From the NCBI GenBank assembly GCA_963664435.2, contig CAXXKM010000001.1:416001-480000 (forward strand): DNA of 64,000 nucleotides, in the 5' to 3' direction. This DNA comes from Longimicrobiales bacterium (GTDB lineage: Bacteria > Gemmatimonadota > Gemmatimonadetes > Longimicrobiales > Gaopeijiaceae). Positions 20,814 to 30,853 of the stretch are shown piece after piece (positions within the stretch are counted from its first letter, which is position 1; every line of letters starts with the position of its first letter). The notes beneath the pieces were generated by a model. That model saw only the letters and a program-made list of their open reading frames with translations, was not told where the DNA came from and did not search any database. The translations under genes were made by a program, and so were the position numbers.

Positions 20814-20933
20814 TCACCCGTCGTCCTCCCGCCGATCCTCGCGATACATCCAAACCAGGTACGCCACCACGATCAGCGCGGAGACCAGGAAGAGCCCCCA
20901 GAAGACGAAGCCCGCGTCCAGCGCCGCGCTCAC
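20814..20933 (-). CDS. 39-aa single-pass membrane protein (candidate SSS transporter small subunit)
   Basis: Manual translation MSAALDAGFVFWGLFLVSALIVVAYLVWMYREDRREDDG; GTGA overlap with the upstream gene stop; below the ORF-track cutoff. Confidence 0.65.
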   Translation of the reverse strand: MSAALDAGFVFWGLFLVSALIVVAYLVWMYREDRREDDG

Positions 20934-21805
20934 CCGGCTCTCCTCACCAGGCGCAGCCCGGCCATCCCGCAGGCGATCACGGCGATCAGCACCAGCAGCT
21001 CGAGCACCCCCGGCAGCGACAGCCCGAGGCTCCCTTCGGGCCGCGCGCGCACCTGCACCACCGCCGGGAGCACCTGAAGGCTCGCCCGCGCCATCCCGGG
21101 GGTCGCGCCCCCGGACACCGTCACCGGGAAAATCTCGCGCGCCTCCATCCCCTCGGGGAGGGTCACCTCCGCCTGGAACATCCCCGGGCGCGCCTCCGCC
21201 GGCGCCCAGTCGACCGCGAGCATGGGAAGCACAATCCGTACGCCCCCGCCATCCTCGCGCACGGCACCTTCCACCCTGTAGCCCACATCCAGCGAGACCT
21301 GCCCCGACGCCGCGAGCGCGGCCGGCAGCTCGATCCCGCCTTCCAGCCGGGGCCCGCCGGCGCCCGGCATGCGCACCTGAAGGACTTCCCCGTCCACCTG
21401 CGCCGAGATCTCCTCCACATGCGCGGGAGCAAACAGCAGCAGCGTGAACGGGACGACGCGCGTCCCCGGCACCACCTGCAGCCGGTAGCTCATCGACACC
21501 ACAGCCGCTCCGGTCTCACGCGCATCCGCCGACACGTCCACCCGGATCACCTGGCCGGCCGCGGCGTCCCCCGCGGCCTCCTGGATATCCCCGGCGCCGA
21601 CCCATCCGAATATCGAACCGCCCGCGCCAGGCAGGGGCGCCGGCCCGTTAATGCCGGACGCCGCGTCCCATCCGAACATCGAACCGCCCGCGCCGGGCAG
21701 CGGCACCGGGCCCACGATGCCGGACGCCGCACCCCATCCAGGCATCGGACCGCCCGCGGCCAGCACGGTCAGCGCCGCCGCCGCCACAACCCCCCTCAGG
21801 GCCAC
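20930..21805 (-). CDS. Hypothetical exported protein with N-terminal 22-aa repeats and C-terminal TM anchor
   Basis: GTG 21805 overlaps the dipeptidase 3' end; signal-like LRGVVAAAALTVLA; C-terminal LLVLIAVIACGMAGLRLVRR. Confidence 0.55.
   Translation of the reverse strand: MALRGVVAAAALTVLAAGGPMPGWGAASGIVGPVPLPGAGGSMFGWDAASGINGPAPLPGAGGSIFGWVGAGDIQEAAGDAAAGQVIRVDVSADARETGAAVVSMSYRLQVVPGTRVVPFTLLLFAPAHVEEISAQVDGEVLQVRMPGAGGPRLEGGIELPAALAASGQVSLDVGYRVEGAVREDGGGVRIVLPMLAVDWAPAEARPGMFQAEVTLPEGMEAREIFPVTVSGGATPGMARASLQVLPAVVQVRARPEGSLGLSLPGVLELLVLIAVIACGMAGLRLVRRAG
21597..21752 (-). repeat. About 2.4 copies of a 66-bp in-frame coding repeat
   Basis: GPMPGWGAASGIVGPVPLPGAG / GSMFGWDAASGINGPAPLPGAG / GSIFGWVG. 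Confidence 0.75.
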
Positions 21806-23025
21806 ACCTCCCTCAGCACCCGCAGCGTGTTGCCCCCCATCACCTTGCCGATGTCCTCGTCCGCATACCCCTCCCGAACCAGCCAGCGCAGGATGTTGTG
21901 TGACGCCTCCGTGGGGTTCTCCACCCCCTTCACGTACTCGACCTCGTCGAACGGCGGATTCGCTTTGGGGCCCTCCTTGGCCGCCGCCGACCGCGACTCC
22001 TTGATCGACAGGTTGGCCGCGTACGTGTGGTGCAGCCCCACATGGTCCCCGTAGACGGAATCCGGGCCGAAACTCACATGGTCGATGCCCACGAGCGCTT
22101 TCACATACTCGAAGTGCTCCATGAAGGCCTCGATCCCGTGCACCGTGTTGTTGCGGGTCAGGGTCGTGTGGGGCGCCGCCTCGATCCCGATCACGCCCCC
22201 CCTCGCGGCGCACGCCTCGAGCACGTCGTCGGGCGCCAGCCGGTTCGACTCCCAGAGGGCGCGCGCGCCGATGTGCGAGAGCACGATGGGATGTTCGCTC
22301 CACTCGATGGTGTCCAGGGTCGTCCGGTCGCCGCAGTGCGAGCAGTCGATCAGCATGCCCAGCTTGTTCATGCGCCCGACCGCGCGCCGCCCGAACATGG
22401 TCAGCCCGCCGTCCCCCGGCTCCTTCAGTCCCGACCCGAGCGCGTTGGCCTCGCTATAGGTGATCCCCAGCGCCCGCACCCCGAACCCGAACAACAGGTC
22501 GATGCGGTCGAGCTCGTTCTCGATCATGGCCGCGCCCTCCATCGACGCGATCCACGCCACCCTTCCCTCCCGGTGCGCCCGCAGAATGTCGCCCACCCCC
22601 AGGCAGTGGATGAGGAAGTCCTGGTGCGCCAGATCGCACAGCCGCATCCCGAAGTCGTGCAGCACGTCGTTCCACTTCCATCCCCCGTGCGACAGGATGG
22701 TGCAGATGCCGTCGAGCAGGTTGTCGAAGACCGCGTCCCAGCAGGAGTGCCTCAGGCCCTCGAACGCGGTCGCCATGCGCCCGGCGCGCACGTATGCCGG
22801 GGTCTCGCGCACGTCCCGCGGAAACACGCCCGCATGCTCGTGCAGTGAAATCATCACCAGCTCGGAAGCCAGCCTCCCGGCCCGCGCTTCGTCTTCCTGC
22901 GAGAGCGGCACCAGGTACGGCTCCACCCGCCCGACCTGCCGCGCCAGCTCGAAGGACTGGTAGTCGAGGCCGGGCTCGAGGTAGGAGAACGACTCGTATC
23001 CGTCGAAGGTCTTGTCTACGCCCAT
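21796..23025 (-). CDS. Membrane dipeptidase (peptidase M19, amidohydrolase fold)
   Basis: SLHEH, SMEG, MNKLGMLIDCSH, VLSH, GIDHVSFGPD, KVMGGNTLRV; start at ATG 23025. Confidence 0.88.
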   Translation of the reverse strand: MGVDKTFDGYESFSYLEPGLDYQSFELARQVGRVEPYLVPLSQEDEARAGRLASELVMISLHEHAGVFPRDVRETPAYVRAGRMATAFEGLRHSCWDAVFDNLLDGICTILSHGGWKWNDVLHDFGMRLCDLAHQDFLIHCLGVGDILRAHREGRVAWIASMEGAAMIENELDRIDLLFGFGVRALGITYSEANALGSGLKEPGDGGLTMFGRRAVGRMNKLGMLIDCSHCGDRTTLDTIEWSEHPIVLSHIGARALWESNRLAPDDVLEACAARGGVIGIEAAPHTTLTRNNTVHGIEAFMEHFEYVKALVGIDHVSFGPDSVYGDHVGLHHTYAANLSIKESRSAAAKEGPKANPPFDEVEYVKGVENPTEASHNILRWLVREGYADEDIGKVMGGNTLRVLREVWP

Positions 23026-23272
23026 GAGCGCTCCCAGGGAGTTGGGTCGGAACAGTGGGTGTGATTCGTAGGGACCGTGTCCGCCGACGTCCGCGAGTCC
23101 GGCGGGACAGTAGTCGCGAGCCAACAACATGGAGCCTGCACGGACAACGGGCCAGCCGTTCCCGAAGGCGCGGCCAGCTATTGCGAACACCCTGCGCAGA
23201 GCGTATTTCAAGCGCGCAATGCCGCGCGCCCACGGGCCGCCACTTCCCTCCCACCTCTGGAACCCCTCCGAA

Positions 23273-23862
23273 GTGACTCGCTGGACCCGCCTCTCCCGCG
23301 CCATCGACCGGGTCAACAACCGCATCGGGCGATGGACCTCGTGGTTGTGCCTGCTGATGGTACTCGTGACGGCCTACAACACCGCCGTCCGCTATCTCGG
23401 CGGCTACTTCGGCTTCAGGCTGAGTTCCAACCTCTATCTGGAACTCCAGTGGTACCTGTTCAGCCTCCTCTTCCTGCTCGCCGCCGCCTCGGCGCTCTGC
23501 AAGGGCGAGCACGTGCGCGTCGACATCCTCTACAGCCGACTGTCGGCGAAGGCCCGCGCCTGGATCGATCTCCTCGGCACCATCCTGCTGATGCTGCCCT
23601 TCTCCGCGGTGACGCTGTGGCTCTCCTGGCCCTCCGTCCGCAACTCCTGGGCGGTGCGGGAGATCTCGTCCGATCCCGGGGGCCTGCCCCGCTATCCGCT
23701 GAGAACCTTCATCCTCATCTGCTTCCTGCTCCTCATCGCCCAGGGCATCTCGGAAATCATCAAGAAGACCCGGGTGCTGCGCGGTCTGAAGATGGCGGGC
23801 GACGGGTCGCCTGAGAAGGACGAAGACGACCCCGGCAGCCGGATGCCCGGAGGCATCGCGTA

Positions 23863-23863
<1 letters not shown>
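23273..23863 (+). CDS. dctQ: TRAP transporter small permease
   Basis: ELQWYLFSLLFLL, EHVRVDILY, SSDPGGLP; start placed at GTG 23273. Confidence 0.88.
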
Positions 23864-25185
<1,322 letters not shown>

Positions 25186-25794
25186 TTACTGTCGTCTACT
25201 GGTAATTACTGGTAATACTGACGCCGGCGGACTGCCCCTGCTCATTGCTGTCCGATGGATTGGGGCTGAGCTACAGGCGCCAAGCGACGTGGGCCTCAGT
25301 CTCGCGATTCAGATGACGACCGTGAGGCTGTTCGTCAGCAACTGCGATACCAGCGCGAGTTTGCGGAGTCCGTCAAGGCATTGCTGCGGGATGGACCTCC
25401 CCAACACTGCCTACGAGGCTGGGAGGCGGGCTGCGATCAGGGATTCCGTTGCTGCGTGAGGACAGAGCACCTGTTCCCGCGGCGCCCGCTACGACGCCCT
25501 CCACGGGGAGTCATCTGAGCCCCGTGTCAGCGACCGCCAATTGATCGACGGAGCGTTGCGCGCGCTGACTGACATCCTCGAAGAGGCCACCCGCAGGGTA
25601 GCCAAACCTCGGGTCACGTGATTCGCGACGAGAAATCGTCTAAGTAGAACCAGGACTGCACGATATGCCGTTCTTGCCGTGACGCCGTGATCGGGCCTGT
25701 CGTCCTCGGATAGCGGGGCAATCGCCTCAAGTAGGGGGGATCCGATCCGGGCTTCACCTCCCGACCTCGGATTCACCATAGTTGGAAGCAAGAG

Positions 25795-25880
25795 GGGGCG
25801 GCGGCCTCTCACCGCGTGAGAGAACCGCCGCCCCAAGGCAACCGTTCAATCGGGTCGCTAAGGCAACCGCGCCGGTCGCA
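25795..25880. other. Structured non-coding element: strong hairpin plus two tandem units, upstream of DUF3800
   Basis: GGGGCGGCGG (25795-25804) pairs with CCGCCGCCCC (25825-25834); inner CTCTCAC/GTGAGAG stem; AAGGCAACCG at 25835 and 25860. Confidence 0.5.
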
Positions 25881-25929
25881 TGACTGAACTTATCGCTGGG
25901 TGCCGCAACCCGTCAACTGGAGTCCGTGC

Positions 25930-26748
25930 ATGTACCTGCTCTACCTTGACGAGTCGGGAAACGAGAACGATCCGAGTAATCGCTATTTCGTGCTGGCTGG
26001 CTTGGCACTCTTCGAACGCCAGATACACCACCTGAATCAGCGCCTCGAGCGCGTGCAAGAGAAGCACTTTCCCAACCAGCAACCGATACCGTTCCACGCC
26101 TCAGCCATTCGAGCTGGCCGAAAATACTGGCGTAGCGTCAGCGAGGAAAAGCGCCAAGAAGTTCTGGATGACGTGATTTCCGCCATCACCGCGACTGATG
26201 ACTTCGGCGGCTTGAGGCTCTACGCCGCGGCAATCGAAAAGGACTCAGAACTCTACGGGGAGCACGCCGTCGAGGTTGCCACTGAACAGGTGTGCCAACG
26301 CTTCGACACCTTCCTGACAAGGCGCTACCGTGAACACGGCGATCCGCAACGCGGGCTGCTTATCTTCTCCGAAGGCCGATTCGATGCCCGCGCCAAGCTC
26401 TGGGTGAGGGAGTTTCGGCGCCGTGGAACCCAGTGGGGTTCGATCAACAACCTTGCCGATATTCCGTATTTCGCCCCGATGAAGGAATCACGATTGCTCC
26501 AGGCCGCCGACTTCATCGCACACGCGACTTGGCTGTTGTACGAGAGGCGCGACCACGCGTTGGTGCGACCGCTTCTGGGGCACTTTGATGTACACGGGGG
26601 CGTCATTCATGGCTTGGTCCACGTTGGTTCAAGTCGCGGCAGGTACTGCGACTGCCCACCCTGCGCGACTCGGCGAATACCCGGACACGTCGGTGCCTGG
26701 ATTCCCCAAGAGGAGCAGCTGGAACTCCCCGAGGACGACTCTGGATGA
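25930..26748 (+). CDS. DUF3800-family protein
   Basis: MYLLYLDESG, FVLAG, FHASAI, SRLLQAADFIAH; C-terminal CDCPPC. Confidence 0.8.
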   Translation: MYLLYLDESGNENDPSNRYFVLAGLALFERQIHHLNQRLERVQEKHFPNQQPIPFHASAIRAGRKYWRSVSEEKRQEVLDDVISAITATDDFGGLRLYAAAIEKDSELYGEHAVEVATEQVCQRFDTFLTRRYREHGDPQRGLLIFSEGRFDARAKLWVREFRRRGTQWGSINNLADIPYFAPMKESRLLQAADFIAHATWLLYERRDHALVRPLLGHFDVHGGVIHGLVHVGSSRGRYCDCPPCATRRIPGHVGAWIPQEEQLELPEDDSG

Positions 26749-26767
26749 ATGAGCGGGGTGCGAGACG

Positions 26768-27594
26768 ATGACAACGAAAGACGATACGGTGCGCTTTCTG
26801 TGCTTGCTTGACGAGCTGGAGACGTCGAGGGAGCTCCTCAGGTCGGGATTCGGACACCTCCAGGAAACAGACATGGGGAGCACGTTGTACCACCTGCCGC
26901 ATCAACTGCTGGCGAGCGGCTTCGAACGCTTGATGAAGTGCTACATCGCCGCTGTTCGCAAGGGCCGTGACGGGGGCTACCCCAACAGGGCCGCGATGAA
27001 GTCGCTCGGGCACGACCTAGAGAGCCTGCTAGAGACGATCTGCACGAAGCACTACGGCGGAACGCAGCGACCCCTGTTGCAACAAGACCTCGCGTTTGTC
27101 AGGACGGATCCCGTGCTGAACGATTGCGTGAGAATCCTGTCCTGTTCGGGAAGATAGGCCGTTACTACAACCTCGACGTTGTGGCGGGGGCGGGCCACAG
27201 GCCAATGGATCCCAGGGCTGAGTGGGAGGCGATGGAATCCCGTGTGGAGGACGACCCGATTCCGTATCTCGTCGATCCGGCGCGACTGCACCGCGACTAC
27301 TATCCGCGAGTGAACAGCGCCTCGGTCGAGATCCTCAGGATCAACGCCGATCAGTGGGTTAGGCGCTCCCACAAGGAGATCGCAGTGTCGAGCTGGCCGT
27401 CGCTTGCAGTCAGCAAGGCAGAGTTCGGTGACGAGTGGCCGTTTCGCGACGACCGGGTGACCGAGAGCCGAGGTCAGGTCAGCCGTCCGCAAGACGTCAA
27501 CTCCGCGCGGATCGCGACGCGTCAAGACCGCACCATCCCTGTGCTCCCGCCACCGTCGGATGCGACGGCATTAGGTTGTCGATGTCCACAGTGA
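26768..27594 (+). pseudogene. Frameshifted HEPN-like hypothetical gene
   Basis: GFERLMK...GHDLESLL in one frame continues as LFGKIGRYYNLD in another; adding one C near 27141 (CTGTCC[C]TGTTC) joins them. Confidence 0.55.
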
Positions 27595-27628
27595 TCGACC
27601 GAACCCTGCCAAGCGCCACGGAGAACTC

Positions 27629-29080
27629 TTGTCTCAGGAACAGCGCCGACGCTCAACCGACGAAGATGCAGATCGCTTTGTCAACTTGGTGAACGGCTCC
27701 GGGTTCTGGAAGTCCATCGACTTACGCTTCTGTGCCGTCCGTTGCGGCTGTCGCTGGGTGAACCTGATGACCCGTGGCTTCCTGGACCACCGCCCCGCTC
27801 GGTCGGTTCCCGCGTTTTCTCCGGTTGAGCGGTCGGACTTCCGCGCCCGGCAGGCGGTCCTTCCGATTTCGGATCTGCCCGGCGTGGTGCGTGGGATCGT
27901 CAGCGGGGAGGCGGAGCTCGGGCGGTCGTCCGTACAATACGTTGGCGGGTCGCGTCAGCCGGAACTGGACGCGAGATACGCCTTCAGCGAGCTCTCCGGA
28001 TCGTATCGGAGTGCGGAGTACGATTCCTGGAGCTGTCACGTCCTCTTGGGCCACGGTGCTCCGATCTGGGAGGTAATGAGGCAGGCTGGCCACGGTCCGT
28101 TGGAACTCGACTGCATGATTCGCAGCGGGCCGAACGCCTACGACGGGCTGTCGGACCTGGTGCGAAGATTCTGCGCGCGCACCGGGGGACTGGAGATCCA
28201 GGGCAACGCTACCGTCTTCGAGTTGATCGCGCCGCTGGCCGTGCGTCTTGATCGCGAGAAAGCAGCCTCTTCGTCCGACCGCGTGAGCGTTGCCCTGCGG
28301 GCCGCTGCCGACGTCTTTGTCGAGAAGGCGGAGCTGATCTGGACCCTGGGCGCTACCGGAGAACCTCCCCGTCACCGATCGGCCAGGCTGGACGAGCGCG
28401 AATGGGCACGTGACGACGGTGCTCTCCGCTCGCGGCTGGACATTCCGATTCGGAAGAGTGACACGGTCGCCACGCTCTTCATTCTCATCGGAGGCCGGTG
28501 CGTGGACTGCGTGTCCATACGCTTGACCGGAGCGGGCTCCAACGTCCGGATGAGAAGCCACAACGTCGTGGACCCGGACCTTCGCCGTTTCCTTGAGCAT
28601 CTGCGGCCGAAAAGATCACACAAGGGGAAGGAGTTCGAGCAGGCCGTTGGTCTGTTGTTCCACTTCCTCGGCTTCCTTGTCGACCCGCTCTACGCGCAGA
28701 GCGGGCTGGGGGACGCCATCGACGGCTTGGCTCATGATCCGGCCTCTTCCGTCATCCTGGCCATCGAGTGCACGGTCGGCCCGCCGGACGGAAAGGCAAA
28801 ACTGGGCAAGCTCATCGCCCGGTCCGCGGACATGCGCACCAAACTTCCCGACATCGAAGTGATCCCGGTCCTTGCGACGGCAATTCCGCGTGCAGCGCTG
28901 TCGAAGGCCGAGGTGGAGAAAGCCGCGCGTGATGGCGTTGCCCTTCTCGCTCAAGAGGACCTTGATGACCTTTGGACGGCGGCTGAGACCGGAGAGACCA
29001 CAGCCCATGTGGTCCGCCGGTTACGGCACCAGCTAATGCAAGCAGAACTTCGGAGAGCCAGGGACCGAACGGGCCATTGA
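27629..29080 (+). CDS. Hypothetical protein with C-terminal PD-(D/E)xK (Mrr-like) nuclease-fold domain
   Basis: KGKEFEQAVGLLFHFLGF...DAIDGLA...LAIECT; TTG start uncertain; N-terminal ~320 aa unrecognised. Confidence 0.6.
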   Translation: MSQEQRRRSTDEDADRFVNLVNGSGFWKSIDLRFCAVRCGCRWVNLMTRGFLDHRPARSVPAFSPVERSDFRARQAVLPISDLPGVVRGIVSGEAELGRSSVQYVGGSRQPELDARYAFSELSGSYRSAEYDSWSCHVLLGHGAPIWEVMRQAGHGPLELDCMIRSGPNAYDGLSDLVRRFCARTGGLEIQGNATVFELIAPLAVRLDREKAASSSDRVSVALRAAADVFVEKAELIWTLGATGEPPRHRSARLDEREWARDDGALRSRLDIPIRKSDTVATLFILIGGRCVDCVSIRLTGAGSNVRMRSHNVVDPDLRRFLEHLRPKRSHKGKEFEQAVGLLFHFLGFLVDPLYAQSGLGDAIDGLAHDPASSVILAIECTVGPPDGKAKLGKLIARSADMRTKLPDIEVIPVLATAIPRAALSKAEVEKAARDGVALLAQEDLDDLWTAAETGETTAHVVRRLRHQLMQAELRRARDRTGH

Positions 29081-29183
29081 TCGCAAACCACGCCCACGGC
29101 GGCATCGTCTTGAGGGGTACTATCCGATCCGCTGACGCCCACGAGCGCGCCGCTCGCATCGCAATCTCCCGCCTTTCCTGCGG

Positions 29184-29330
29184 TTACGAACGGCGCTGGG
29201 CGAGGAAGGCGCAGAGGGAGCCGGCGACGGCCACGATCAGCTCGGCCTCTGTGGTGTTGACGGACCCGCTGGTCGCCGTGACAGCGAGCAGCGCCACGAA
29301 CGTCAGTGCGAAGCGAAACCTGATACCTGT
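29184..29330 (-). pseudogene. Possible 3' remnant of an AbiJ/Abi-like HEPN gene
   Basis: Out-of-frame GFAS followed by VNTTEAELIVAVAGSLCAFLAQRRS*, reminiscent of AbiJ-type C-termini (from memory). Confidence 0.3.
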
Positions 29331-29436
29331 CCTATCAGTTCCCGGCAGAGTAACCGCTTCCCAACCAGCCCCCAAGGCGACCCGGCATGCGCCACCCGAG
29401 CCGCGACTGGCGGAGAAGCTTCGCCCCCCCCCAGGG

Positions 29437-30669
29437 TCAGGCGTTTTGCCCGAAGGCCGCGTTCGCGTAGGCCCACTCCGCGCGGCTGAACCAGTCGAAC
29501 ACCTCCGTCCGGAACGCCAGCCAGTGGTCGTACACGCGCCGGTAGGTGGCGTCCGCGGCTGCGCGCTCCTCCAGGATCTCCTGCGAAGCCACGCGCGACA
29601 CTTCCATGATCTCCGGCGAGAAGGCGCGCAGCTGAACTCCGCCCTCGACGAGGCGCCTGAGGGCGGCCGGATTCCTCGCGTCGTAGGTGGTCTCGACGCC
29701 GTGCGCGGCTGAGCGCACCGCCACGCGGAAGGCCTCCTGGTAGGTGGAGGGCAGTTCGTCCCACGCGTCGCGGTTGACCTGGAAGGTGGTCGACGGTCCC
29801 GGCTCCCACCAGCCAGGGTAGTAGTAGAAGCGGGCGGCGTTCTGGAAGCCCAGCTTCTCGTCGTCGTACGGGCCCACCCACTCGACGGCGTCGATCGCGC
29901 CCCGCTCGAGAGCCGGGTAGATCTCCTGCGCGGCGAGGTTCTGGACGGTCACGCCCAGGCGGTCCATCACCTCCGCGCCGAGCCCGGGGATGCGCATCTT
30001 GAGCCCGTTCAGATCCTCCGGGGTCTGGATCTCGCGGCGGAACCACCCGCCCATCTGGGCGCCGGTGTTGCCCGCCGGGAAGGGCAGGATGTTGAAGTCC
30101 GAGAAGATCTCGCGGATCAGCTCGAGCCCGCCGGCATCGTACAGCCACGCGTGCTGCTGGCGCGCGTTGAGCCCGAACGGAACGCAGGTGTCGAAGGCGA
30201 GCACCGCCGCCTTGCCCGTGTAGTAGTAGCTCGGGCTGTGGCCCACCTGAACCGTGCCCTGCTGCACCGCGTCCATCACTTCGAACGCCGGCACCAGCTC
30301 GTTCGCCTCGTAGGCGCGCAGCTGGAAGCGCCCGTCGGTCATCGCGGCGAGCGACTCGGCGGCGCGGGTGGAGGTGTCGAAGATGGCGTCGACGGTGCGC
30401 GGATAGCTGGACGCCAGGCGCCAGCGCACGTTCGGGTTGGTGATCACCGCGGGAGCGCCACCTTCGCCGGCTCCCGCCTGCTCGTCGCCGCCGCACGACG
30501 CGGCCAGCACCCCGGCCGCCGCGGCTCCGACCGCCGCCTTGCCGAGGAACGCCCTTCTCTCCAGGGTCGGCGCCGCTTCCGTCAGGTTGCCGGCATCCTG
30601 GTCCGCCGCCGCGACCTCTGTGCCCGGCCGGCCGCCCTCGACCGTCCCGCTCCGGGAGTCGTTGTCCAT
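29437..30669 (-). CDS. dctP: TRAP substrate-binding protein (DctP/TakP-like) with Tat signal
   Basis: ERRAFL Tat motif, GNTGAQMGGWF, GLKMRIPG, EWVGPYDD, YYYPGWWEPG. Confidence 0.9.
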   Translation of the reverse strand: MDNDSRSGTVEGGRPGTEVAAADQDAGNLTEAAPTLERRAFLGKAAVGAAAAGVLAASCGGDEQAGAGEGGAPAVITNPNVRWRLASSYPRTVDAIFDTSTRAAESLAAMTDGRFQLRAYEANELVPAFEVMDAVQQGTVQVGHSPSYYYTGKAAVLAFDTCVPFGLNARQQHAWLYDAGGLELIREIFSDFNILPFPAGNTGAQMGGWFRREIQTPEDLNGLKMRIPGLGAEVMDRLGVTVQNLAAQEIYPALERGAIDAVEWVGPYDDEKLGFQNAARFYYYPGWWEPGPSTTFQVNRDAWDELPSTYQEAFRVAVRSAAHGVETTYDARNPAALRRLVEGGVQLRAFSPEIMEVSRVASQEILEERAAADATYRRVYDHWLAFRTEVFDWFSRAEWAYANAAFGQNA

Positions 30670-30853
30670 GGGTACCCGATCCTTTGGTTCTGCGTGTTTC
30701 CGTTGTGCGCTTCGGGCGGCCTCTCGCCGCCGAGCACGCGCAAGTTAGCCAGAAGTCAGCCGGGACGCACTTGTCCCCGGGGCAGGACACCGCTCCCGGA
30801 TCGCCGCCCGCTCCGCGGGTCAGCGCCGTCCCCTTCCGTCGCAGGCACTCTTC

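Noticed and set aside
19343..22054. 903-aa plus-strand Arg/His-rich ORF
   Set aside because: Antisense to the SSS operon; low-complexity shadow, like most other overlapping ORFs in the track
25186..29436. Prophage or integrative element
   Set aside because: No integrase, transposase, tRNA or matching att repeats at both ends
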